A DNA stretch of 64,000 nucleotides, taken from NCBI RefSeq assembly GCF_006345805.1, contig NC_043021.1:4960001-5024000 (forward strand), written 5' to 3'. Every line of letters starts with the position of its first letter. Position 1 is the stretch's first letter. Below are positions 23,521-37,526 of the stretch, in pieces. Both the position numbers and the translations under genes were made by a program. A model generated the notes under the pieces. It was not told the DNA's origin. It saw nothing but the letters and a program-made list of their open reading frames with translations, and did no database searches. This DNA comes from Octopus sinensis. Taxonomy: Eukaryota.

Positions 23521-24399
23521 ATGCTCTTTACTCATTTGGTAATAAGAAACTCGTGGGAGAGCTAAATGCCAGAAGGTTTTCAGAGAAGTTCACCTGTTAT
23601 GTAAGTGCTTGAGCTCTTGAAGCTAAGTCCTTCACTAGTTGACTTTTAGGGGATCTGGCAGTTTAAGTGAAAGTCAATAATTTCATTTTAATAACCCTTG
23701 ACTAACCCCAGGCCAGCTCTATTACAGTAAACACTTATAATCAAAAAATTACTGCCACCTTATCCAATTTGCATATAACATGATAGGCGAATAGTTCGAG
23801 GGAAATTTGACTGCTATTTTTAACAGGTCAAACGTCCACGTAGAGGTTTCCTCGTCAGAGTTGCTAAAATATGCAGTTACATACTAGATTAATTAGTCAA
23901 TGTTTGAAGAATGTCACTGGACGTATGCTGTCAAACGGCTTTAGAATATTAAAACTAAAGTATTATTATTGTTGGTAAGAAATTTGCTTCCCAATAACGT
24001 GGTTCCAGGTTCAGTCCCACTGCATGGCACTTTGGCAAGTACCTTCGAGTATAACCTTGAGCCAGCCGAAGCCTTGTGAGGAGATTTGTTTCCTCAGAAG
24101 CTCCAAGTCCGTCAAATATGCGTATATAGGTGTGTCTGTGTTTGTCCCCACCCAACGCTTGGCAACCGGTATCCGTCTGTTTGCGTACCCGTAACAAAAA
24201 AAGACCGATAGGACAAGTACCAGGTTTTGATAAAAAAAATAAATAAATACTGGTATTGATTTGTCCGAGTAAAACCCTTGCAAAGCTATGCCCCAGCATG
24301 GCCGCAGACCAACGGCTGAGACACCTGAAAGATAAAAAGAGGCTTGGATTTACTTCAGTCCATAACGTGTAATTGCATTCCAGAGTTGTTTCCCTTCGC

Positions 24400-27300
24400 C
24401 TTATTTGCCCCAACTCCAGTTTGACCTGTGTGATTTGCATATATTAATCACGCAACTTATCAATGTTTCACCGTTCGCAGCAGTGGTTACAATTGTATTA
24501 AATGACGTGTACTAAACAAGCTATGTGTTGGTAAGTTTTTTTTTCCCCTTTTTCTGCTCGTATGTGCCGCGTTGTCCACACCATTAGTTTAGCTAAACAT
24601 TCACCGGACTCGTTAACACAACCACTTGTCACACACCAACCCTCTTGCTTTCCAGCTCTCTTCCACCAAATTCTTGTCGGTTGGGTGGTCAAATGCAGAG
24701 TTGTTATAGACGCGGTTGTAATACGGTGGGGGCTTAGCTATCGAAATTGGTCAATTTTTATGTGCAGTCAACACTTTGGTGTTGTGTTTGCGTGTAGGTT
24801 AAACTAAAGCGTTACGCCATTCAAAGAATCAAAAAAGAAATGTGTGTAATAGGTGTAAAACAACTTCCTATGAACGAATATGAAAAAAAAAAAAATGCCC
24901 GCACGCGAAAGGGGGGGTGAGGGAGAGGCCTCGGAAAATTCACATCGGGAATTTCCGAAAGCGTCTGAGGGGCTGACCCGAGCACCAAAACAACAAAAAA
25001 AAATAGTGTAATATGTGTAAAACAACTTGCTCTGAACGAATATGACAAAAAAAATGTATATATATGCGTGTATATATATGTATGGATATACCTATGTACC
25101 TATTAGCGGTCACTGGCTACCGCTACCTACTCATCCGTCACCTTCTGTGTATAAAACATGTTTTATTGATGTTCAAACATAAGATCGCCAAAACGTGGTG
25201 AGCCAAAGACTGGGCGGGTGCTTATTCCGTGCCAGGTGTATCTTCTCCTCTCGCATCTATATAAATATAACTGAACTGTGCATTAGTGAACGGCAAAGAG
25301 AGAAAAACAGATCGCGTGGAAGTGATAACATGTCGGTCACTTCGTCAAGTGCTGTTGCCGCGACTGCAGATAGTGGAGGGAATGTTGTGGGTGTTTTGAG
25401 CCAGTTAGTTGCTGTGTGTCGTGCAGCAGTTGTGGGAATGGTCCTTTTAAAATTCCAGCTGATTACATTCCGAAATTTTTCATTATGCATTATCTATAAG
25501 TACTATATTGTAGTTGTGTGTGTATATATATGGAGGGCATGTGTACACACGTCACTTAACCCGAAGTTCGTTTTAATGTCACTACCTCCGCCTATAGTTT
25601 TTGTTTTTTTTCTTTTTCTGCCCTGCTATTCAGTCAATAAACTTAATCTTTAATATTTACACAAGCAGATTAACAGAAAAGATATATTTGTACTACAAGG
25701 AAAGTATTTTTATCTCGTCATCAAGTTGTTCTGTTTTTGAATGTCCTCTTGCGGGCTTTGGTTAACATGTTCGCTTTTAGCTTAGCTTATATAATAAAAG
25801 GGACGAGAGAGAGAGAGAGAGAAAACAAGCAAAAAAAAACAAAAACAAAACACGTGCGTGTAGTCTTCGAACAATTGTCCCGTCCCGTCCTGTTTTTCGG
25901 GTGTTCGAATAAACCTTTTTAAAAAATTTTTTTTATTGGTCCTTAACGGTGTCCTTAATTGATTTCCCACTCGTTACCATTTTCAACTTTTTATTTTTTT
26001 TTTGTCCTCAAGATTAGTATTTATTGCGATTCTATAAATTACAGCTTACTAATGAAAACGACCGTCTGTTATATTAGCTCCTCGCTGGGTTAACCTTTGC
26101 GGTTTCACTGTTACTCCGTTTGTTAAACTCTTTCACCCTTCCTCTCTCTCTCTCTCGTTCCTGTCTATTAGTTCAATTCCCCCCTCTAATCGGATCTTTT
26201 ACCTTGTCTTCCCCCTGTCTTTATCTCTAATTCTTCCTTCCTTCCTCTCCTCATACTTACTCCCTCTCTCTCAAATTTTCACTATCTCTTCCTTTTCTTT
26301 TTCTGTCTCGTCTTCTCTTCCCCTTTCTGCTCCTCCAAGTTTATTTACTATCTCTATCTATCTATTTCTCTCTCTCTTTCTCTCCCCTTATTCGTTCGTC
26401 TGTCTTCCAATCTCTCTGCCCCTCGTCTCCCATCGCTCACAATCCCTATCTAATTTATCAAAAGCCAATTACTAGTAAAAGATATCATTACTGCTACTAT
26501 TCGCTTGTACATCTAATACTTACTAGAAGTATTAGTAGCAGCAGTAGTCACCACCGTCGTGGTCGTCGTAACTAGCACTTTCCATCGTTTTAGCCTACAA
26601 GGCTATTACTGTTTTAACTTTCTGGATCTTACCAAAAATCTCTAATCATGTTTCTACCAGTTCCTCCTGCTTCATGTAAGATCATTTTCCCTATTATCCT
26701 TGGTTGTAATATCCTTTTTACATCGGTCTGGGAAGCCTTTGATTTAAATTTCTCCGATTCCTCCTCTCTCCCCCCGTTTGTCTTAATTTTAATTGCTACA
26801 TCCACTTGCAATTAAGTGCCCCTTTTCGAAATTGCAATACCCGTTTCACCGGTTTATATACCAAGGGTGTATGTTGTCGCAACCGGGTTTTAGGTTTTCA
26901 TAATAGCAGTCATATAATGGTACTGTGTTGTACGTTTCACATTATGCAAAACATTAGCTGTGTGTGTGTTTACTCACGCAGATAAATAGATAGATAGAGG
27001 AGACATTGGTTTTTTATTATATTTTTAATGGTGAAAAATAATAGAACAGCAAGATGACATCTGTGTATGTGTGGATTACGCGAGTTTCTGCTCTCTGTGT
27101 TTCTTACGACTGGACGTTCCGTAGAGATCGAACCCGATGTTTTTTCCTTGCTTCTTTTTTTCTGTTTTTTCGTAAACATATTCGTTACATATTGCTCCAT
27201 CTTATAAAGTGCCTGGTTATTTTCTCACTTTTGTGCCAATCAAAATCGTATTAACAAGGTGAAATAAATTCTAGATCACGTACGTAGATGTATTTACGTG

Positions 27301-28306
27301 TAAGATAAAGAGAAAAAAAAAAAAAAAAACCCACTCTCTTGGGTTACATAAAAAAAGCAACCCAAAAACCTAACCTTGTTTGTTTCTAGAAGGAAAAGTC
27401 ACCCTTAAATACAACATCGAAGGACGATTTCATCGTTGTTTTTTCCCTTTCATAAATCGTTATATCTTTTTTAGGCCGATTCTGACATGGAAACTTTTTT
27501 GTCTTCTTTTCTTTCACGATATCTGTTGTTGTTTTTTTTTCATTTTAGTATTTTAATTCGAAGTGTTTGCAATGTCGCAAATATGCTGATTCATTAAGCA
27601 CGTGTTCCGTTGATTGGTTTTTTTTAACGATCTCAAAGTGAAGTTAGAAGTAGTAATTATCTATGTGTTTAATACACAAGATAATGTACATGTGTGTATA
27701 ACGCATATACACAGTATGTATGTATGTATATATATATATATATATATATAGCATTTTATTAAGACTTGTGGCATTGTATGGTTTGTATGAATGCATGTGC
27801 GAATCCGTGCTTAACGGGGTGTCCTCTAATTTGTGCCGGCATGTGATAAACTATAAACTATGATAAAACCCTAATTAATGTGTATGTGTGTGTGTGAATA
27901 TTCTATGCGGCTTGTAAATTTAAATAAATACAATCATTATTATCGTTACAAAGTTCTTGGTATAATTTAAATTTAAAAAAAAAAGAAACCTTGTTAAAAC
28001 AAAATAAGCATTTGATGTCCCATTATTTAATATGAATTTAAGAAAAATAGCTGCCCGACGATGAGACTACGTTTTATTATACGGCCCTTGTGGCCAATAA
28101 AGTAACGATTATTATATTATCATTGCTGCTGTAAATGTCTAAACTGTGCTACGGCACACATCCCCAGTTGACCTTTCTTAGTTATCGGCAATTTCGTTTT
28201 CTGTTTTTTGTCCTCTATTTCACCTGTGATATTTCATTTCGCATTCATTTAATTTATATAAAAAAAGTAACACTATAAAAGACATGGAGCCGTTTTAATA
28301 TATATA

Positions 28307-28348
<42 letters not shown>

Positions 28349-28900
28349 TATACAATAGTAAATATATACATATTTACTACTAAACTTGACTTTCAAAAAG
28401 AAAAAAAAAACCCTTCGTACTTCTTATAGATTAATCTTGTTGTTTGATTCGATCACTCGATTAATATTTCGTATTAAGAAGCCGATTTCTTTCCTTGGTT
28501 TATGGTTAGTCTACTAAAGAAACGGTTATGTTTAAGTATTTTTGTTTCTTGATTGTTATGGAGAACTTTTCGTTTTTTCTACAATACACTTAATTTAATT
28601 ATTTCGATCGATACTATCAGATAACTGTGATGGAAAACAAGTCACGGGAAGAAGGAGTCACAAGTTTAGCCAACGAAAATAAAAAAAGTCTCTTTTCGTT
28701 TAAAATACTACGATTAACAGTATAATTAATTAAACAAATATTTTAAGTGGCTTATTAAGTGACAATACATGGCTTTATTATACAATGACAAAATAATATA
28801 TCTGCAAGATACGTATATGAAAAAAAAACACGTTTTATTTAGTATCTTAGAAAATTGAAGGAAAAAAAGCTAAATTAAATCGGTTTTTTTTTTCTCAAGG
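24400..28900. promoter_or_regulatory. TE-poor, CpG-retaining interval; candidate promoter/enhancer region
   Basis: No recognisable SINE or LINE copies over about 4.5 kb, against one every few hundred bp elsewhere. Frequent CG dinucleotides; TATATAAA at 25258 followed by TTAGT at 25283; GGGAATTTCC at 24947. No transcript evidence. Confidence 0.3.
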
Positions 28901-30676
28901 AAACCCTGCTCCGATGAAGGGTACTGGCCGAAATATTAGATTTTTTTTCCCCTCTTTTTCTCGTGACAAACTAATTTATTCTACATTTGAAGTACTTATG
29001 CTAAATATCAGTTAGAAAGCGGCTAACAAATTCTAATACTTTTTACATCTTTCTAACCATTTTCTCCGATGTAGCAAAACGGTTAAACATGCTTTTTTTT
29101 TTTTTTAATATCGTGAGGAAAGAAAAATGTCCCATCCGTGTCGATCTGCTGCAAGCTGTTTCATATTTTCGAAAGAGAGAATTAAAAAAAAAAGACAAAA
29201 AGATGCGCACACGCTCAAGGTTGCCTATTAACAAGTCGTCAGGGCGTCAGATAGATTGCTTTGCGGTAATTGTTTCTGCTCTCTAGACTCTGAGTTCAAA
29301 TCAAATCTTGCCGAGGTTAACTTCACTTTCCATCCTTTCAGCTTCGATTCTTCTTTCTTTAACTCCTTTTTTTGCCAACTGTCTTTCTCCCTCTTTTTGG
29401 AAGAAACCGATTGTGACCAGACCTCGAGAGGAATGGACTCCACTAGGCCTAAAATGCCCAAAACACCCCGTGTGTGTTGACGACGTCCCTACAACCTCAA
29501 TTAAAGCGTCAAGGGGCCCATGGCATGTGTATGTGTGCATTTGTGTGTTGATATCGTAAATGTTACATCTAGGACCAATCTCAATAATGGTTATTTCCCT
29601 TAGGTCATACATAGTTTAACCTATGCTACTGAAATTCGTTAGAAACGTCGAACAACAAAATGGCTTGTGGTACACCTTCCGGTTTTGTAAATTCTGAGTT
29701 CAGATGCGTGCGGTCGAGGTTAACTTTGTCTGGGGCTGATAAAATGAAATATCAATCAAGTATTGTGGATTGATTTAATGAACTGCGACCCCCCCCGCGT
29801 CTGTTCTCCTATTCTCCACCCACCTCCACATTTCAGGCATTGTAAATTATTTTCATTTATCTTAAGTCTTCCAACTCATAGCACAGAGCAACAGATGGTG
29901 TCTCTCATACACAGTAGTAAAATTAAGCGTGTAGGAATCGATATTGTCGTTTTTTAGCCCCAGGTCAACCTCGACTGTTCGGCTCTATGCCTGAAGGTAC
30001 TTCACCTGTGATCATTCCAACCTTTTGGTGGTACCAGGGGAGTGAGTGTATCTTGGATTACATTACCCAATGTGGCCTTCCTCTTTGCTAGAAGGTAAGG
30101 TACAATTTGAAGGAGATTTGATTGCTCTTTCTTAGCAGGTCAACTGACCTCCCATAATTTGGAGCACCTACTTAATATAGCATTGGATTATTTAGTAGAT
30201 AATCTTGCATAAATTAAATGCCGTGGTTTTTTTTTGGTTTTATTTAATTTTTTTTTTTTTTTTTTTGCATAGAAAACAGACTTTAATGAGGATGATGGTG
30301 GTGAGGTGACTTCATCTCCCTAACTTCATTGTTTGGCTTAACATTCAAAGGCTTAGATGTTCTTTAAGTAGTTGCAACATTCACAGATGATTGTGGTTTG
30401 TGAGATAAAAATGATGTGAGTGGAAATTAAGTAAATAAGTTAGCTTTAGTGAGTAATATAAAAGTACTAGTGACCTCTAACGTAACTGATTATGCTGGAA
30501 GATTTTAATTTAAATGTGAACAGTTTATGAGTTGACAGATTTTGTATCAAAGGCCCAGAAATTTCCACTGGGTTGTTATCAAGGGTTAACTAATATTGCA
30601 TTATAAACTTGGTTCCGTTCTAGTTAATCATCATTTGATGTCCATGTTCCATGCTGGCATGGTTTGACAGAATCCT

Positions 30677-30943
30677 GTTTTCAGTCCCACTGCGTGGCAA
30701 CTTGGGCAAGTAAAAAAAAAAAGAAAAACGGCGAGTTGGCAGAAATGTTAGCACGCCGGGCGAAATGCGTAGCCGTATTTCGTCTGCCATTACGTTCTGA
30801 GTTCAAATTCCGCCGAGGTTGACTTTGCCTTTCGTCCTTTCGGGGTCGATAAATTAAGTACCAGTTACGCACTGGGGTCTATATAATCGACTTAATCCGT
30901 TTGTCCCCTCTGTGTGTAGCCCCTTGTGGGCAGTAAAGAAATA
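30677..30943 (+). mobile_element. Chimeric insertion: family A head fragment, poly(A), then family B SINE, within one 16-bp TSD
   Basis: TSD GGTTTGACAGAATCCT at 30661-30676 and 30944-30959. Confidence 0.85.
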
Positions 30944-31222
30944 GGTTTGACAGAATCCTACGAGTGCAAAGATTGCATTGTGATCCAATATTTGTTTTAG
31001 CATGATCTCTGCAGCTGAACGCTCTTCCCAACATGAGTACTGCCCACAGCTCTCATGCTCACCATGATGCCCTCCTACTTAACCGGTCATCAGAAAGTTG
31101 CCTCACCAGTGACTACCCAACACTTCTCAGAAGCCTCTCCACCCTATTAACATGATCCAGAGATAAGTGTAGCCAAACTAGCCAGTGCCAATATGGGTTG
31201 TAGGCTCAGGAATGTAGAATCA

Positions 31223-31530
31223 TCATCGTTTAACGTCCGTTTTCCATGCTAGCATGGGTTGGACGGTTCAACTGGGGTTTGGAAAGCCAGAAGGCTGTGC
31301 CAGGCCCAGTCTGATCTGGCAGTGCTTCTACAGCTGGATGCACTTCCTAAAGCTAACCACTCCGTGAGTGTAGTGGGTGCTTTTTACGTGCCACCTGCAC
31401 AGGTGCCAGGGGAGGCTGGCAACGGCCACAATTGGATGGTGCATTTTACGTGCCACCGGCACGGAGGCCAGTCGGGGCGGCGCTGGCAACGGCCTCATTC
31501 GGATTGTTCTCTTATGTGCCATCGGCACTG
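31223..31530 (-). mobile_element. SINE family C with (GAT)n tail and internal approximately 55-bp tandem module
   Basis: Core GGCGTTAGGAAGGGCATCCAGCTGTAGAA...CCCATGCTAGCATGGAAA...CGATGATG. Other copies at about 32840-33040(-), 35789-35928(+), 35981-36180(-), 36760-36950(-), 38220-38380(-), 42050-42240(-), 45000-45310(-), 45335-45610(-), 47120-47480(+), 48585-48830(+) and 56480-56750(+). Confidence 0.85.
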
Positions 31531-33292
31531 GTATCTCAGCTACAATACAAACAAAAGATCCCCAAAATATTCAGTGCTATTCCCTGCATATCTGGTATCA
31601 GTGACCTTCTCCTGTAGATATGCTTTAGCAAAAGCTGAGGGTTGCCTCCCTCCCAGCGGTCTTCCAGCAGGCCAGAATTGCTAGATAGACACTGAACCTA
31701 CTTTAGGTTCATCTGTTCTTTTGACACATCTTATTTTTTTGTCCTCTTGGGTTTCTGGCGACCCTCTTCACCAGGCAAGCCTAGTAGAGGTGCTAGATTA
31801 GTTGCCAGCAACCCTACCATGCAATAGGTTGAACTAGATTCCATGTTACCAGTAGCACTCATGAGAGACCTACAAGTGACCTGACATATATATATATACA
31901 TACACACATATATAATGCTACTCTGAAAATTGTGATCTACAAGTAGTGACGCCATGTCTTTTGCCTACAGAAAGGCTTTACACCTTTTAAAGAAAAGATC
32001 CCTTGCTTGAAAAACAGGTAAGGGTTTAGTAACAGGAGGGGCATCTGGTTTTAAAGAAGCGTCTCACTATATTACTAGCATAGGAAAATGTACATAAGAT
32101 CGAGTAAAAGTGTGTACAGCAGTAGGTGAACAAGATTTTGTCTAGAGTTAAACCGTTCCGGTGCTCAACTGGTACTTATTTTATCGATCCCTACCAAAGG
32201 ATGAAAGGCAAAGTCGACCTCAGTGTTTCAGTCAATACTTGTTTCAGTCAATTGACTGCGGCCATGCTGGAGCACCACCTTTAGTCGAGCAAATCGACCC
32301 CAGGACTTATTCTTTTTTGTAAGCCCAGTACTTATTCCATCGGTCTCTTTTGCCGAACCGCTAAGTGACGGGGACGTAAACACACCAACATAGGTTGTCA
32401 AGCAAGACACAGACACACAAACACACACATACATATATATATATATATACATATATACGACAGGCTTCTTTCAGTTTCCGTCTACCAAATCTACTCACAA
32501 GGCATTGGTCGGCCCGGGGGCTATAGCAGAAGACACTTGCCCAAGGTGCCACGCAGTGGGACTGAACCCAGAACCATGTGGTTGGTTAGCAAGCTACTTA
32601 CCACACAGCCACTCCTGATATTTGCACCATACTTCTGATATGTGCAGCACAGTTAATAACATGACACTCTGTTTTTCTCATTCACCACAAACCTATAAAC
32701 CATACCCTCTTTAAACACATTATATTTAACCTTTTGTTTGCGCTCTGATTGCAGAAACTCTGTGTCTGTGTGTGTGTGTCTGTACAGCTTAGGAGTCTGA
32801 AACTGTGAAAGTATGCAATAGTCATCATTATCATCATCATCATCATCATCATCACCATCATCGTTTAACGTCCGCTTTCCATGCTAGCATGGGTTGGACG
32901 ATTTTGACTGAGGGCTGGTGAACCAGATGGCTGCACCAGGCTCCAATCTTGATCTGGCAGAGTTTCTACAGCTGGATGCCCTTCCTAATGCCAACCACTC
33001 CGAGAGTGTAGTGGGTGCTTTTTACGTGCCACCGGCACAGGGGCCAGTCACTATGTATCCATATATTCTATTTACTCTTTTTTACTCTTTTACTTGTTTC
33101 AGTCATTTGACTGCGGCCATGCTGGAGCACCACCTTTTAGTCGAGCAAATCAACCCCGGGGCTTATTCTTTGCAAGCCCAGTACTTATTCTATCGATCTC
33201 TTTTGCCAAATCGCTAAGTGACAGGGACGTAAACACACCAGCATCGGTTGTCAAGCAATGCTAGGGGGACAAACACAGACACACAAACATAT

Positions 33293-33326
<34 letters not shown>

Positions 33327-34263
33327 GACAGGCTTCTTTCAGTTTCCGTCTACCAAATCCACTCACAAGGTATTGGTCGGCCCGGGGCTATAGCAGATGA
33401 CACTTGCCCAAGATGCCACGCAGTGGGACTGAACCCGGAACCATGTGGTTGGTAAGCAAGCTACTTACCACACAGCCACTCGTCAGTAAAATTCCTCCGA
33501 AAATCCTGTGATTGCACCTTTTCTATGGAAGACCGTATACTAGTAAACAGATTAGTAGGCCAAGCATGTTGCTGCCACTACCGCAGCCACTTTACTTCAG
33601 AAACATTTCGATCAGAACCCTTCTTCCCCAATTTCTTTCCTGTAAATCTAGCCAACATTGGTTGCATCAGTCTTTGAGAGTCCCCATAAAGACCATTGAC
33701 ACAGTTCCACCTCCTCCTCTTAATGTCAGCAGCATCATTAGATTTATCTTGTAATGCTCTTTACTCTTTTACAGTCATTTTGACTCTGGCCATGCTGGAG
33801 CACCGCCTTTAGTTGACCAAATCGACCCCAGGACTTATTCTTTGTAATCCTAGCACTTATTCTATCGGTCTCTTTTGCCGAACTGCTAAGTTTCGGGTAC
33901 GTAAACACACCAGCATCGGTTGTCAAGCGATGTTGGGGGGACAAACACAGACACACAAACATACACACACACACATATATATATATACATATGTACGACG
34001 GGCTTCTTTCAGTTTCCGTCTACCAAATCCACTCACAAGGCTTTGGTCGGCCCGAGGCTATAGTAGAAGACACTTGCCTAATGTGCCACGCAGTGGGACT
34101 GAACCCGGAAGCATGTGGTTGGTAAGCAAGCTACTTACCACACAGCCACTCCTACGCCTATTCAAGAATTTAGTTTCTTCTTAGGTGAACACTTCCTTTA
34201 AAGTGATGGCATTGGTTAGTGTAGATCACTTCATGCATAGAAGAGTTGATGGCATTGACTGCA

Positions 34264-34864
34264 AGGCGGCGAGCTGGCAGAAACGTTAGCAAGTCTGGGC
34301 GAGATGCTTAGTGGTATTTCGTCTGCCGCTATGTTTTGAGTTCAAAATCCACCGAGGTCGACTTGCCTTCCATCCTTTCGGAGTCGATTAAATAAGTACC
34401 AGTTACGCACTGGGGTCGATGTAATCGACTTAATACCTATGTCTGTCCTTGTTTGTCCCCTCTGTGTTTAGCCCCTTGTGGGTAGTAAAGAAACAGGTAT
34501 TTCGTCTGTCTTTACGTTCTGAGTTCAAATTCCACCGAGGTCGACTTTGCCTTTCATCCTTTAGGGATCGATTAAATAAGTACCAGTTATGCACTGGGGT
34601 CGATATAATCGACTTAATCCGTTTGTCTGTCATTGTTTGTCCTCTCTGTGTTTAGCCCCTTGTGGGCAGTAAAGAAATAGGTATTTCGTCTGCCGCTATG
34701 TTCTGAGTTCAAATTCCGCCGAGGTCGACTTTGCCTTTCATCCTTTCAGGGTCGATTAAATAAGTACCAGTTATGCACTGGGGTCGATATAATCGACTTA
34801 ATCCGTTTGTCTGTCATTGTCCGTCCTCCATGTGTTTAGCCCCTTGTGGGTAGTAAAGAAATGG
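34264..34864 (+). mobile_element. SINE family B trimer (one head, three bodies)
   Basis: Junctions AAA(C/T)A|GGTATTTCGTC at 34496 and 34680. Confidence 0.9.
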
Positions 34865-37526
34865 GTAATATTGGTGGAGGACGACATTGATTTCCTTGAA
34901 TCTTTCTTGAGCTGAACTTTGAAAAGATTATTCCCTTAATATCCTTGTTAGCATCGTTACATTTACTGTCTTACCTTCAGTGTTCTATGAGAGGATTAGA
35001 AACCTATACTGCAACAATTATCCAACATTACTGCAACCTACATGCGTAGGTGCTTGTCCTGCTCTGACAGCTAATATGCAAATGAGTTTTGCCAGATATC
35101 TGTGTTGTCAGGTAAACTAGGTTACTATTGCATCAGTATTGACCTAGCACATGCTTACCTCCACTACCTGTGATTCTCCTTTATTGATGAAGTTATTTGT
35201 ACTATTTAGACTGGTTTTAGTAATGAATACAAACAGCTTAATTTGTATAGAATTAGCATCCCGTCCAGTTAGTTGTATGTCATGTCTCTATCGAGAGAGG
35301 ACATTGAACTTACTCAGAGATCTCAGCATTGCAAGTATTTTCTGTATGAACTGTAGCTTCTAGTTCTGTATGCTGCACTCCAACCTAATTATTGACACAA
35401 GGTCTGGAGATGTTAGCTTAGTGATATATATTGTCTGCCTGACTGCTGACAATTCGTGAGTGTATGTATATACATAAGGTAAGAAGTTTGCTTTTCAAAC
35501 CACATGGTTTTAGATTCAGTCCCACTGTGTAGTACCTTGAAGAAGTGTATTTTACTGTAGCCTCGGGCCAATCAAAGCCTTGTGAGCGGATTTGGTAGAT
35601 GGAAATGTGTGTGTTTCTCTGCACCACTGCTTGACAAGTGGTATTGATTTGTGCAACTGAAACTTTTTGAATCAGTGCCTCAGTATGTTAACTTTGCCAG
35701 TCTTTGTATTTTACTTAGCATAATTGCTGGCAACAGGTACCAGATCTGGAGACATTACCTGTAAAATTCTCCAAATATGACTACATAATTGGCGTTAGGA
35801 AGGGCATCCAGCCGTAGAAACATTGCCAGATCAGACTTGGCTTGGTGCAGCCTTCTGGCTTCCCAGACCCCGGTCAAACTGTCCAACCCATGCTAGCATG
35901 GAAAGCGGACGCTAAACGATGATGATGAATATATATAACGATGGTGACGATATATATACCAGATATATTCCACATAACTTCATCATCATCATCATTTAGC
36001 GTCCGCCTTCCATGCTAGCATGGGTTGGATGGTTCAACTGGGGTCTGGGAAGCTAGAAGGCTGCATCAGGCCCAGTCTGATCTGGCAGTGTTTCTACGGC
36101 TGGATGCCCTTCCTAACGCCAACCACTCCGTGAGTGTAGTGGGTGCTTTTTACGTGCCACATGGACGGATGGTGCTTTTTATGTGTTGCTAAAATACTAG
36201 AACTGGAGGTGTTAGCTGTAAATTTTTTACATACATCACTTTTCATAACTGGTGACAATATACATTAGATTTAGTGAACAGTTATCTTCTACCTTTTACT
36301 TGTTTCAAACACCGGTTATCAAGTGGTAGTGGGGGGGGGGGGAACAAACAGACACAAAAACACATGATCCCTATCTTGTGCTGCCCACTTCTCTAGAAAG
36401 GTTGCCCATGTCTGATATAGAACAAGGGTTCTCTAATTGGATATAAATGTACTCCCAGGGGCACCCGTGAGAAAATGCTGGGGTTTACTAGGTTTGCAAA
36501 AACACTTGGAATTTTGAAGTAATCACGACCAACTAAATGTAACTTGTGTATCTAGAAAATGTGTGTGTGGGGAGGGCCTTTGTTATTCCTGTCCATTTAC
36601 TGTGGTGAATAAGGGTTTCCAGCAATGCTTATTAACCATAAATTAAATTTCATACAAGGCTGTCAATTAAGAATATGTGGATGTATCTCTCTTAACCCTT
36701 TAGTGTTCAGAATACTCTGTTAAATGTAATGCTTTTTCACTCAAATTGTTTTGAATTAATCATCATCATCATCGTTTAACGTCTGCTTTCCATGCTAGCA
36801 TGGGTTGGACGGTTCAACTGGGGTCTGGGGAGCCCGAAGGCTGCACCAGGCCAGTCAGATCTGGCAGTGTTTCTACAGCTGGATGCCCTTCCTAACGCCA
36901 ACCACTCCGAGAGTGTAGTCGGTGATTTTATGTGCCACCGACACAGGTAGCTTTGAGGTTTCAATGACGTGATTGTTTATTTTCAGAATGGCATTGTAGG
37001 TTAGGAGTGAGAGGCCAGATATCACCAGTTTGAATATAAAACATGTAGAATATATTTGGCCGGTTTAAACACTAATGGGTTAAATACTTAAGGATCAAGA
37101 TGTTGGAAGTGTGGCGTAGGCTTTAGACTGAGCTTCCCTTTGCAACAAATAAAACCTTTTGTCACTTGTTACACACACATACACACATGTTACACCTATA
37201 TATACATACATGCAACATGTGTTGAATATTTTTTTTTCGGACTTTTGAAAGTTTTGATTATAAAACAGCAACAGTCAATATTTAACAGATTGAAGATATT
37301 TTTCTTTTTGATTGAGCAATTAAATTTTATTTTATGGGTTTAGACAGGGGGTGGTGCAGCTCTGCTAGGACACCACCTAGAGTTTAATCGGTTACACTTA
37401 TCATCATCATCATCATCATCGTACAGCTATTGTCCATGCTAGCAAAGGTTAGACAAGATCCAGTGAGTGATGGCATTGGTTAGTGTAGATCAGTTCATGC
37501 ATAGAAGAGTTGATGGCATTGACTGC

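Noticed and set aside
25195-25653. 152-aa ORF as a protein-coding gene
   Set aside because: No recognisable homology, runs through TG/TA and poly-T tracts, and uses a non-ATG start in the track.
35159-35287. Possible 129-nt minus-strand exon (AG...GTAAG, open frame RHDIQL...SQVVE)
   Set aside because: No recognisable domain or partner exons; such signals arise by chance in AT-rich DNA, and it may be decayed LINE sequence. RNA-seq would decide.
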